Shown here piece after piece: positions 51,161-64,000 of a DNA stretch of 64,000 nucleotides. Each line of letters starts with the position of its first letter. The stretch's first letter is position 1. Source of the stretch: Ylistrum balloti. Its lineage: Eukaryota. Under the pieces are notes generated by a model that ran no database searches, was not told the origin of the DNA, and saw only the letters and a list, made by a program, of their open reading frames with translations. The DNA lies in the NCBI RefSeq assembly GCF_031769215.1, contig NW_026782339.1, positions 124,001-188,000 of the forward strand, given 5' to 3'. The position numbers were made by a program, and so were the translations under genes.

Positions 51161-53797
51161 TTAATATACGTTGTACCTTATTAAAATAAACACCGTTCAA
51201 CAAAACTAAACCACGTGATTTTGAAGAAATAACGATATATCATAGAGAATTTTGACGTCCGAAACATAGAAATAGGGAATTGTTGAGACTAAATAAGTGT
51301 CAGATTCGAAAATTAACAATAGACGTTGATGAAAACTCAAACAAGTCAAACATTTATTTGCATTTCTACATGGCATAAAACAGTATATTTGAGAGAGAGT
51401 ATGATTTTTTTCTACTAACATTAAAATCTACTACATCTCCGGGTTTGAACTGATTTTCGGACGCCAATATGACCTCCGTTCCTCCGAGAGACTTCCCGTG
51501 TTGACTTCATTCATTTAAACACTTCCTGTTTGAAATTGACTTTTGTTTAAAAATTAACGTTCAGTTATTTCAAATATATAATAACACCGTTTGTTTAGAA
51601 AGTGGTAAACAACTGAGTGCACGTGACCTTATGTTTACAAAGTAAACTGTAAAATACGACAGGTAATAAATGTGCTCACCTGTACAGTAACTAACCCTAC
51701 AAACTGCTGACTACACGGGAGCCGAGAGGAAATAGATTTACTTGTTTTACATGTAAATGACACGATCATATGTATGTCCCAGAAGTTGCCCAAGTTCACG
51801 TAATCGTATTCATGAATGTCTGTTTTCGACGTGCCGGATCATCGTAACACAGATGCTTGAGTTGGCTGGTGGGATATACTTAACTATATAACCTAATGCG
51901 GCTATATAAGTCGATAGGATTAGACACGTGTGTCACAAGCCACTCGGTACTAGAAGATACAACACATCCTCCCGAGGATGTTAAATATGTGCGAGGTCAT
52001 TGGGGTCAGGTCAATCGAAAATCATAGTGATTCGTCCGTCGTCGTGTACCTCAAACAGAGGTCTATGATGATGATTTTAACTGTGATGATGATCCACTTA
52101 TTGAAACTCTTGTCATTTTGGGGTTGTTAAAATGACGGACCAAACAGGCCTGAAAAGGACCTATAAAGATAAAAGCACACACGATTGTTTACAATCTCTT
52201 CGCCTGGATTTCGGTTTCAGGGCATTGAACTTTTCAATGTTCTACAAGGTAAAAAAAAAGACCATACATTCTAAACACGTCGAGGCCAATAACGATAAGA
52301 AATATTTCCGTTTCATAGAAACGAGCGTTTCGGATCTAAATGCTGTAATATTGCAGTAATGTTGCTACTACGCTGGTCCTAGACTTAAACAAGCACTGGC
52401 CAGAATTTAATCCATATACCAGTAGCAACACATTTCGATATAACTTAAAACAAGTAAATGTGTATGGTGATACATATGTGTAGAGACCACGACAGAACAT
52501 GGCCTTCCAAACCTCGAGTAAGGACAGTTAAACAGTCCCTGTCCGTAACGGTTTATGTTTCTCAGCAAGCTGAGAACGGACTGGCCTGTGTTGTCGTTGT
52601 TGTGTCGTTGGACAAAACACTTAACCTTTAGTAATCATATAATTTATATAGTTTTAACTTTTTCAAAAATTTGAAATATTACCTTCACATGGTTGTTCAG
52701 GTAAATGCCACATAGGCGTGTCTAGTAGTACTGTCAAAGTACGTATGCATTGGTCATGCAAGATCGGTCAAAACCAATACTTATGTCATCTTACCGCCAG
52801 ATAATTACCTAGGTAGCTACATTTAACCTATGTGTCAAATATTTGGTACAAATAGACCCTCTTGATCGACTAGAAGAGGGGAAACCACACAGGAGAGACG
52901 AAGGAGAGAGGCTAGTCTCCATTGGCGGGACGCTTTTGGCTGAACTCTGTTAGAGTGTACTTTGTAAATACATGGATGTACTTTGTAAATACATGTAAGT
53001 ATATTCTTCTAAAGTAAATATGTAGAGCAGAATTCGGAGTTCACTGTCATCACCACACTATTTCAACAAAATCAATAATACTGGACTCTACCAAACCACA
53101 AATACACATTTCATTATAGCTTATTTTTCATCGACTCTAAGTTTGAAGTTATCATCTACGATGGAAGGTTATATAGGTTTTAAGAGGAAGATCACAAACG
53201 TGTCTATATGGTTACAGTTTATATTTACTTTACGATATGCTTTTCATTTTTCGGCCATTTACAGTTCAGGAAAATAAAAAGTAAATTTTTCGCGCTAAAT
53301 GAACAGCCTCACAATTAGTAAATATCGCGGGTCGAAAACAACAAAGAAAATATGGATATGTCTAAAGACACGAAATTCATGTAGTTTTAAATTCTGTTTA
53401 TCTGTTGTCAGTTGAATGAAATAAAGGCTCTTCATGTTATTTCCGAATTCTCTTTTGAACGCTGTAAAATACCTCTGTCCACAATCCAAAGAAAAGATGG
53501 ATGTTCCTTGAAACTGCATACAGTATAAGCATCTTTGGTCCCTTGTAATGTTAGGACAGGACGATTGGTAGAAATTCTCAAATATTAATTTTACATTGCA
53601 GTCGTATAACTCATTAACAGCAAGTAATGTTATATGATCAATAGCTAAAACTAATTAATGAAATATGTTAATATCATAATAAGAAAAGGCAGAGAGTTCA
53701 TATCTCTGCATCTACTGGTATTTTTCTCTGGGTAGTCGGGTTTCCTAAAAACCTTAAACTTTAATGTCCATACATCACCAGCATGTGGGACTCACAC

Positions 53798-54074
53798 AGG
53801 TGTGTTGGTTCAGGATGTGGTGTTTGGTGTGATAAAAAAATGTTTCAGACCGGCTAGATATACAAAAAGGTGTTGGTTAAGGATGTGGTGTTTGGTGTGA
53901 TAAAAAATGTTTCAGACTGGCTAGATATACATAAAGGTGTTGGTTAAGGATGTGGTGTTTGGTGTGATAAAAAATGTTTCGGACTGGCTAGATATACAAA
54001 AAGGTGTTGGTTAAGGAATGTGGTGTTAGGTGTGATAAAAAAATGTTTCAGACTGGCTAGATATACAAAAAGGT
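53798..54074. repeat. ~67-bp tandem repeat (4 copies)
   Basis: gga(a)tgtggtgtt starts at 53813, 53881, 53948 and 54015. Confidence 0.9.
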
Positions 54075-55030
54075 AATGAATTATCTTAACAACCAATTCT
54101 GAGTAAGTCATCAAGATATACTTCCAATTTATTCACTTGTTGTTGGGAATAATCAAAAGAACAAAGTACTGTCAAATTTTGTCAATTTGATAGTTTGTTT
54201 AATACCGAGATGACTTATTAGCGTTACGAATATAACGGCATATATATTAGGACGTGATGCTAACGTTGATCAACATACAAAGACGAGGGAATTCATATCT
54301 ACATCTATTCGGAATAACAATTCTGGCAAGTGAGAACTCTTACACAAAGGATGTCTTGTTCCAATTCCTATAGTGCTGTGTACCGAAATGGCAAAAGGAC
54401 TATAAGAACATGAATTGACAGGCTGTTCACATGGGCGCGTTCGAACAACCTGTTCCATTATTGCTATTATCAGACTTGCCTTCATTAGGGCTATTTATAT
54501 AAGTAAATAACAAACTCGCTGACCAATCTTTAAAAATAGAATTGTTCAATGCGATTATGTAAGAAGAAAAGCTTGCATATGGCCAGGAATTTTGAAGACA
54601 GGGTGGGTACCGTCAGTAAGAGGACAAGAACCGTGAGTTAGAGGAGCAGGAACTGAGATATAGTGACCACCTTGTCCGTCCTTCTTTCACGGGAAATAAT
54701 GATAAGAGAATCGTTGAAAGACGGACGGACGAAAGACTAATCAAAGTCTCTACCATCTGCTGATATTAGTGATTAAGGTTTAGTAAGAAATGACCAAGTT
54801 GGTCAAGTTTGTGCAAGTATTTGTCGAGAAATTCGAAACGTTTACAAACTGTTTATTCAAATTTCAATCATGACTTGAACTACTTTCTTTATATCCGGAT
54901 ACACTCAAATACACAATGCCGGAAAGAGAAACTAGAAAATTGTTCAAAAACATCAGGGCAATTCACGAAACCAGGAAAATGCTAGATTCTATGCAATATA
55001 AAATAAACCCCTGTCTAAGTACAAATGACG

Positions 55031-58000
55031 TCATAACTGTTTTCCCTGTTCGCCGGAAGTTACGTCCGTTATATCCAAGGTGGATGGCGATACTACAGTG
55101 TCTGATATGTCTAGTGCATCAAGACGACGCTTTCCTACAAACGGCATGAGTGACATGACAGCTGCCGCGAGCAGGAGAGGACCACCAGCAAATATTATGG
55201 AGTTAGTGTACTTTTGTGTGAGTTGGTACAAGCTACCTGGAAGAAAAGAAACGAATCCATTAACAGCTGATTGAAAAAAAAAACGAAAAACAAAATCAAA
55301 ACCAAAACCAAAACAAATACTGCCAGCATAAACGATTCCTGTATCAACGATAATAGTTATCGTGTAATGACGGCAATTCCTGGTTGTTCTGTGTTTGTAA
55401 TGGCAGATTTCTACTTAAGCCTTCGTGTGTTTCATCATGTTTCAGTTGTTATATCTCGTGTTTTCGTTTGGGAACATGACATTGCCTACTTGGATTAACC
55501 AAGATTCAAAAGGCGGTTGTCGTCGATGTAGCAGAAGACGCTTGCTCTTTCGGAACACCTGGTGTTATTTTCTTTGCAATATGCCCACCTGTAAATATTT
55601 CTTTTTTTCGCATTTTGCGCTCGTTTTCCTGAATTTAAGTTTGGATTATGATTATTTTCATGGGCTAATTTGTCAGCTTGTTTCGAAAACCATAAATGGT
55701 TATTTGATAAGCTCCAAGGATATAGTAATCGAAAATAAAGTCACAGATTTCGTCTTTCTGATTTCTCAAGTAGAGTATGTGTTAGCGGTCGATGTAAACC
55801 GAAACGTTAAGATACCAAAAAGAGACTTTGATTCTTTTCCAAAACATTAGCATTTCAAAAACTGATCGAAAAGGTTTGAAAAGCCTACGCCGTAGAATTG
55901 AACACGATAAAAATGAAATTGAAAGCACTGGAAACATGCTAAAACATTCTCCTCTTTTGTATCTCTAGTTCCTTTCAAATCAAGTGAAAGAAATTACGCA
56001 AACTGAATAATGATTAAACTTCCTCATACAACATGAACATGTCACATTAGCATTGAATACTACGGTGTTCTCATCTTCGATTAATAAGTTGTTATAACAC
56101 TATAGTAAAGTTATATATTCTCGGTATGGCTAGTCGCAACTGTTAGAATTTGCGACTTAAGAACTTGTTTGTCAGTACATTTAATATTCACACAATTGCT
56201 GAATAGTCTTAATACTTCTCCTGATAATGTTTTCCCTGATTAAGTCTTGGGGAGTCATCCATTTGTCTGACTGTAAACCCCGTCCGATTCGGCACCATTT
56301 GAAGCTAAACATCCCGCTACTGGTTTTACTTCACTGACCAAGCAACTGGTTGCTTTCTTATCTATGTTCAGATGCATTTAGACATATCCGTCCTTCTACA
56401 CAACTCTCTCTTGTATTTCAGAAATATTATTGTTGTATAAAATCGACATCTTTTTTTTCTACACGTCTTGTTCCCAGAGACGAAGTAAGAAACCATACTT
56501 CAAAATGCAAATTAAGAAGAAGGAAAGTAACAACAAATTTTTGATACATTCACCAAACTTTAAATATTTTTAAATATCTTAGCTGACGTCTTTGTTATCC
56601 TACAATCTGAGGTTGAGAAGAATCAAGTGTTTTATTCTTACCAGCCATTGGTGGACCTGCCATGGCGGCAGGCCCTTTAGCCATGGTGATGAGACCATAC
56701 GCTAATGTGAGATTGTCCAATCCAACGTATTCTACTGTAATCAGTGGTTGTGTGGGGCAGGAGAAACCTGTTAAATGAAAACGCAGTCTCAATGTACACG
56801 TGCTAATTTTGCGTAATTCTGTTTAGAAAGACTATGTTTTTCAGTTTATCCTCACGGGATCTCTGGTAACAAGTTTTCTGCTACCAACCGAGTCGGGGAT
56901 AAATTTCCTCTAGCCGAGACCTTAGGAACCAGCTAATATTTTACCAGGTTTATAAGCACTATCGCCATCGCGTCTTTCATGTCTTCGGAAGATGATGCTT
57001 TTATATACAGCTTATTTTTGTAAAGTGTGTTTACATCATAAAATGAAAGGGATACGTTCGGAAACAGGGCAAAATTGCTCGGACTGCTTCGGACTTCATA
57101 GTTGATAATATAGCACAATGAGAATTAATTCACTACACACTTTATATTCATTTGTGTATTGCGTTTCATACAATATGAATGACAATGAGTTCATATCACC
57201 GGTAAATGGTATTTAAAACTCCTAAATTTGCATTGTTTTTATTTTACTTTAGCTTTTGAGTCATGAAACAACGATAGTTGCTAAGGTATATACACGAACT
57301 GGACATGATACTATAACACTAATTGTTTAGTTACGTTGTATTCATCCGGTGTACTTCAAACTTCCTGTATGTGAAACTGTGAAAGCCTAGATTCACTGGA
57401 TAAGACACTAAAGGCTAGGAACGTTTATGATGGTTTATAGATGTATGATAAAACTTAGTTGGGAATATGGCATTATGTATGTATTATGTATGTTACTAAC
57501 AGCATTATCGAGCTAGATATACGGGAGATATAGCAATGTTTTTTTTATATGTAGCGTTTGTAAAATGTTTTAATCTCTATCTCAAATCATTATTTTCTGA
57601 CCCTGAAAAATGATCTAACATAACGTATTGACACATCGTCAAACGTCAGGTGCAACTAGTAACTAAAGGTATGGAATTTCCGATTTATGTAGATTCGAAC
57701 TATCCGCACTGTGAAAATTATGTAAAAGAAACTATGTGTTTACAAGATTGATGTAAACATGTACACAAGTGTATTCACTAGTGACTAGGTCAGATGCATA
57801 GTCTGACCCAAGCGTCATTCGATCGTAGATTTAATCTCCCTGCTATATATATTTGTGTATTTATTTTAAAACATTTTACAAAGGAAAACAGCTGGCTTGG
57901 TGGAAACATCTGGAAATATTGAGCGGCAATACGTGTATATGAAAGGGTGACTGTGTATTCTTTAAGGTTTAGCGAACCTCTGTGGCGGCCACAATAATAA

Positions 58001-61000
58001 TCGGTTTTTTTTTAATTATTTCAATTACTCACAGCCCTACGGAAGCCTACAAACACCCATAATTATCAACATTAAAAAATATTGATTGTATTATGATGGG
58101 ATCATTACATGTTTATTCCTGGTTTCCGTACAACGCCTTGCTTAATTATATAATTGCGTGGAAAAATAAGCTGTTCACAGTGTGTCACTCACCGACAAAG
58201 AATCCGTAGACTGAAATAAAAACTACTAGTGTCTCAAATGTTGTACACAACCAAAACAGGAAACAAGCTACAGCACAGGCGAAAGTGCCAAAGTTACAGA
58301 CAAAGAGTGGACTGAACATCCGGATCGAAGCCAGCAGTCCGCTCCCGAGTCTGCCCGCCATATTCACCACACCTGGTCAAAACAAAACCCGATTAAACTG
58401 TTGAAATACATTTAACATCTGTATATTTTCAAAAAGGCAAATTCTGAAGCACGTGCATTAACTTTCTTCTTTTTTCTGAAAAGAAGAAAAGGATGATCTG
58501 GTGCATATGTAGATGCAAATCAGACACTCTAGGGTTACTTCTTTACGTCTTTTATCATGCTGAAAATGGCTAGGGACGTGCGTACATGGAAATACATAAC
58601 AATAAGTGTTGACTTTTGACTTTATCTATAGCTTACCCACAGAGCACACTAGTTGGTATGAACTTGTGTATCTGATTATAAACTTCTCAACTGATTTTTC
58701 TCGGAGAGTGTGATAATTGGGAAGGAGAGAAAGGTTTGTAGGTATATTCCTTTCGTCGCCTTCTTTCATGTTACTACCAGCGGCAACGGTCCATGAAAGG
58801 ATTTCTTTCAATATAATTGTTTCCCTTTTTTCTTCTTATCATTTCTTTTCTGATAAACCGTTCTTTGAAATTTGTCCTTCTCTATGATTTCCATGATTTA
58901 AAAGTGTTCAACAACTATTGAACGATTTTCAATAATTATCCAATCAAATCTCACCATTACACTTACCAAAGAGAATGAAGAGTGTAGCGATGTCCTGACC
59001 GTCTAGTCCAATGAGTTCACTGTATTGGGCCATGAATGTCATTGGAATGTGTTGCGCCATCTGAGCAAGAGCACAACCCGCCACAAGAAGGAGAAAAGCT
59101 GGATCCTTGGTAAACGGTTTACACGATCCTCTACACAAGCCGTGGCTTACGTCACTATCTGATATCACACACGACACAATTTCAGGTTCTGTTGGTTCAC
59201 TTTTCTCAATACGAATTGATTGAACGGATTTATTGGACACGTATGATTTCAACATGCTTGTACTTCCTGTCAGAAAAATGTCTTTTCTGTCAAATATGTT
59301 ATTTCCATATTCTGACCTCTGTTCGTGTCGATTATGTTTGGCTTGTTGAATACACTGAAGAGATCGATACAGACCAAGACGGTCCTGTTGAATTTCAGTT
59401 CTGTCTATGTTGCGATGCGGAAGACTGCGGGTACTTGAAAGATCAGCATTACCAACGTAAATGAACTGATTTTGTGCCATTCTGTCCTGGATGCCTTCAT
59501 TATGTATGCTTTTATTTTCATGCAGAGATAAAAACGACCGTAAACATTCTTCCTGTTCCTTACTTAAATGATCGTGATGTTTTGTATTCAATTTACTCCT
59601 GTTGTTGTGTCTGTTGTTATCTCCCTGTGTAGGAGGAGGGAGAGGGCGCATTAGTAAACCGGAGACACATATATTTAGAACGAAGCCCGCCCACAATAAA
59701 ATAGTTGCTCTCCAACCATAATAACCAATCAAAAACTTTGTCAGTGGCGATAGGACAATGACACCTAGCCCACTTCCGGCAGTAATGATGCCTTGCGCAA
59801 TTCCACGCTTCCTGTCAAAATAGGTGTTAACCAAAGTGACAGATGGCAAATAGAACAGGCTACATCCAGTTCCTGAAAGATAAATATATTCTGAAATGTG
59901 GTTTATGTGCATCAACAATGTCTACATCAACACCATACCTTCTGCCCCACTGCAATGTTCTGATGAATTGAGGTTTTGACAAAAAATGTATCATCGTCGG
60001 TTCCACATTCTTGATTCTTGAATATCATTACAATTCGCAAAAGACTGGAGTTTGACATTTAGATCCATTGAGTTTCCCTTTTTTTAATGCACCTTTTAAA
60101 TATTTCCAAAGTGATGTTCTGTCACATTTTACCGTTTGTATGGGGGTGTGAGAGGGTGTGAGTGTGTTCCTGTCACATTTTACCGTTTGTATGGAGGTGT
60201 GAGAGGGTGTGAGTGTGTTCCTGTCACGATTTACCGTTTGTATGGAGGTGTGAGAGGGTGTGAGTGTGTTCCTGTCATGGATTACAGTTCCATTTCTGTT
60301 CTGTTCAAAATGTCTTAACTAGAGTTTTCTATTTTGATATCTAAATATCTATCATATAACATAATGTCATACGTATTCATGCCAAGTAAGATTTTACTTA
60401 CATTAACATTTGTAAAGCTATGTATACCTACATGATTATCTCTTTATCAACTTTGATTATCTCCCCTTTCTCCTGTCAGTAAGGACGACGATCAGTTCCC
60501 TTCCATATATTCGATTGGGAAACCTGCCTGGCAGTTACAAGCAACACTATGAATTACCGAAAATAATCAGAACTGTACTAATCAACGAAACCATCACTTA
60601 AGCTCACATATTTAACACATTAAAACATATTTTGGCGAAAAAGTAAATAGCAATTGTGATTAGGGGCTGCTCATTTGCAAAGATTCAAACACATCACGAG
60701 CAATACTCGACTGTCAATGTACCTGCAACCTTAACTGCGTCAGTAACTCCACCCACCTGGGAAAAACTATCCATTTTCGGATGCCAAAATCGCTCATGAT
60801 TCTTCGTTAAGAATCGTCCGAAGTTTTTAATTGTTGGGATATTGTATGCCCCGGGATCGTAAGATCCGGGCCATAGTGTTTTTGTGCACTCTGTTTTTCT
60901 GTTGTCAACTTAAACTTAGTCCATCACTATTACACCGTAAGAGGTAGGACTTTCATATTTGGCGTGTGTGCTCTTTGTGACAATGCCTTTCCGATTGTAC

Positions 61001-61980
61001 CATGTTTTTGACAATCAATGTTTGAAAAATTGTAGCATTGACTATAACTATTGAACTTAAAACTGTCAATGAAGACCATGGAGACACAAGGATTTCACAA
61101 AGTGTGAGTGCACTTAACGAATGCCTTACACAGTACAGTTTTAATGTCCCACTTCAGCATTTTGTTGCAACAGGGGGCAATAGTGTTTCATAAACACATT
61201 TTTTCACCATATGTTATACAGAAAAATAATCGCTAGTCTTCATAAAACACCGTAAAATGAGTGAATCATGCGGTGGAACATTGTGTTGTCCACGCAATCA
61301 AATGCTGAAGAGTTGTAGCTCTTTGCAACTCGATGATGAAAGGTCAACAATTACCGACTTTTTGATCCAATTATACACAATAATATATCTGGTGTTCCGA
61401 CTATCTGGGACGAAATAATATACCTGTGAGGATGCCATGGGTGAAAAACAGCACCGTCATGGAAGGGCTGGCGTAACTACATAAAAGTCCAGCACACGTT
61501 ACAAAGGCCCCCAAAACTGACACCAGACGGACACCAAACCTTCGGATCAACTTACTGCAAACGGGACCTACAAATACAACACATTTCAATACATGTAGAA
61601 GTCGGTGGCGAGGAACAAAGACCAAGATTATTATGGACAACTGTAAATGGTATGTAACACTCACCTAGAAAGCAACACATTCCTACCACGAGGGAGCCAG
61701 GAAGAGCAGTGAAGGCAGGGTCGGCCCCAAAATGAAGGAGAAGCTCTGGATACAGGAGACCATATATCCCAATAAGTCCATCCAGGCAGAACAAATTAAA
61801 GAAGCTCGCGCCCACTATCACCCATCCATAGCCACCGTCCGGTATCTTCATGTCAGACATATCGTCACTTCCGGAATTCCTGTCCAGATGTGTTGTTCCC
61901 TGGTTGTTCTTTTGTGGTGGATTGGATTTGTAGGACATTGTTAGATGTCTCCCGTCTGAACTTGTACTTAAATCATTCAT
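55031..61980 (-). CDS. SLC16 (monocarboxylate transporter family) MFS transporter, paralogue B, 6 coding exons, 625 aa (611 aa if the ATG at 61938 is used)
   Basis: Exons: 61980-61665, 61567-61424, 59872-58967, 58372-58193, 56767-56642, 55236-55031 (1878 nt, phase consistent). It has the same motifs and intron positions as paralogue A. Confidence 0.92.
60115..60278. repeat. 51-bp tandem repeat (3 copies) in SLC16-B intron 2
   Basis: ctgtca starts at 60119, 60170, 60221 and 60272. Confidence 0.9.
60843..61020 (-). mobile_element. HINE-like end fragment in SLC16-B intron 2
   Basis: Strong hairpin tatgccccgggatc-gtaa-gatccgggccata followed by gtgtttttgt. This is the same type of ATGCCCC-stem end as the element at 910-1398. 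Confidence 0.5.
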
Positions 61981-62613
61981 TATTTCATGAAATCATCCGG
62001 TATAGCATGTCCTTGAATACAGCAATAACACTTAATTCGGGCGTAGTTCACGGAGTCCAAAATCCGATAAAATACATATTAACTTGAATTGTGATTAAGG
62101 CTGGTAAAAGGCCGGGTTTATGTCAAGTGGATGATAAGGACCATTACATAGCCTTTGACCCCAAGACGGCCTTCGGAAAACGTTATTTGTGAAGGTTCCG
62201 AATGATGATAACGTGAAATAAAATTCCAATAAATATATTTAGTACAGACTGAATTGTTAATCTAGATTAAAATTTATTGATCTTTGTAGATTTTGTAGAC
62301 ATATCAATCTATTTATACCAACTCTGCAACAGATATTGCTGATATCACATTTACGATTAAATATTATAAGAGATCTTTTGGACCTTACCTGTTTTTCCTA
62401 ATGATGAAAACGGCACTTAATATATTGTCAGACTGAAAACCGCACACCTGTACGCCGTACTGTGTTTATATGGTCAATAAAGCTGTGCTTAGGTAAATAC
62501 ATTACCTGTTAATCTAACAACACAGGCGCTATGGTAAAATATATCAACATGGCTTATAGAAGAAATTCTCCTCGTTTTTGTACTTTGTTCCATTATTTAC
62601 ATTTGTAAGACAA

Positions 62614-62798
62614 CCAGGAGAGGACTTTGCTTTATCATTCCATCATTTACATATCAATTTTGTACGGTAGCCAGGAGAGGACTTTGCTTTATAATTCCAT
62701 CATTTACATATCAATTTTGTACGGCAGCCAGGAGAGGACTTTGTTTTATTTTTCCATCATTTACATATTATTTTTGTACGACATCCAGGAGAGGACTT
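62614..62798. repeat. 57-bp tandem repeat (~3.2 copies) upstream of SLC16-B
   Basis: ccaggagaggacttt starts at 62614, 62671, 62728 and 62785. Confidence 0.9.
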
Positions 62799-64000
62799 TA
62801 ATTACATATATTTCATAGTTATTTTGTTCCATAAATGTTCTAGTGTTTTAGTGAAGCTATCATTTTTCGATGACGATGCTGTTGTCAACGTGTACATTAT
62901 ATATTAGTTTTTCCTGTAGTTTTGCTGTTAAAGATATCATTGGACAATTGTTACGGGTTTCCAAGTCCAAGTAAAATAGTACTGCTCTTATATTGAGAAC
63001 GTGGCATTTCTGAATTTGACTGTTGGTAGAGTAGATGACATTTACCTTACTTATACGCCCTGTCGTATACTAGGATGAGTTTTCTTTCTAAATTTTTCGT
63101 ATGCGTCTCTAGGGAACATTTTCTTTTGTTCATATAAGGCCAAAGTTTCAACACATTGTAGCTTTGTTTTCGCGTCGGTTTTCTTTCTTTCTTACAAACA
63201 TAAGAAATTGTAAGCAACAATGAAATTCAATGCTTTCAACATACCTCTATTTCACCAAACCACACCCTATGACCATGTTTATCCTGTTCTTGGTGTCGTA
63301 TAACAGTAATGTGTTACGATGATGTTGCTTATGTACTGCACGGATTGAACACAGCTATTCTACAGCTGAACAGATCAATCTCGGGAGAAGTTCTCTCTAG
63401 CTGACTGTATACTGCGATAGTTCCATTAATAAAACGTCTCGCTGCAATCTATAAATAGACCACTCTTTATTGTGCAACTAAAAGCATACGCTGATAGATT
63501 TTACACGATAGGAAGTAACTGTAAGACAACTTTCTTAATGAACATCCATTTAAGTGTTTAAGAAGTTGTCGTAACCGAAGTTATTATCTAGCACTTGTTT
63601 TTATTCTATTACAACAGAGAACAGGGTCACCAAGTGCACCGACATGCCTACAATAGCGTGCCACACTGTGGGACTCGAGCAAAAATTAAAAAGTGACTCG
63701 GAAAAAATCGATACATTTTTTTACATATACGATAAAATGAGCATCCTATAAAAAATGATAATTAAAAAGTGTTTTCTAAATGATAAAATAGGTATATATA
63801 TATTTCCCTTAAAAATCGTGCCCAAAGATAATATTACCTCTTTACGCCCACAGCCTAATTTATACACTGCCTTCTGTCTGCAATACATGCCATATACTGT
63901 GACAAATTTGGACATTTGCCAAAACTGGTTTACTACACGCCTTTTCCTGTCTATATGCACAGCTGATATATGTCTTGAGATAAGATATCGTCATTCCCTT

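Noticed and set aside
50027-51203. ORFs of 98-326 aa with X runs and Cys/Val/Gly tracts
   Set aside because: They span N gaps and a (CA)n microsatellite.

Overview
AT-rich, intron-containing animal genomic DNA, probably from a mollusc such as a bivalve. That taxon call is an inference from the HINE/V-SINE-like repeats, composition and gene structures. I reconstructed five spliced genes exon by exon; all introns are GT-AG with consistent phases. They are TRMT6 (-, 12 exons, 508 aa), PEX6 (-, 20 exons, 1124 aa), NRDE2 (+, 10 exons, 1182 aa) and two tandem SLC16/monocarboxylate-transporter-like paralogues (-, 6 coding exons each, 601 and 625 aa). An intronless 399-aa ORF that I cannot assign lies head-to-head with TRMT6. 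TRMT6/ORF399 and PEX6/NRDE2 are each divergent pairs with only about 200 bp between start codons. The window has many minisatellites, a 2.4-kb 29-bp satellite, non-autonomous TE remnants and two N gaps. The main observations are: (1) several tandem repeats are amplified copies of RNA-processing signals of their host gene: a splice donor in TRMT6, an in-frame stop-free splice acceptor in PEX6, and the PEX6 stop codon plus AATAAA; (2) the orphan ORF; (3) a sharp CpG-poor to CpG-rich transition at the satellite, about 42 kb; (4) SLC16 paralogues that lack the residues used for proton coupling in MCT1. There are no CRISPR arrays, rRNA or credible tRNA genes. No database search was possible, so novelty is unverified.
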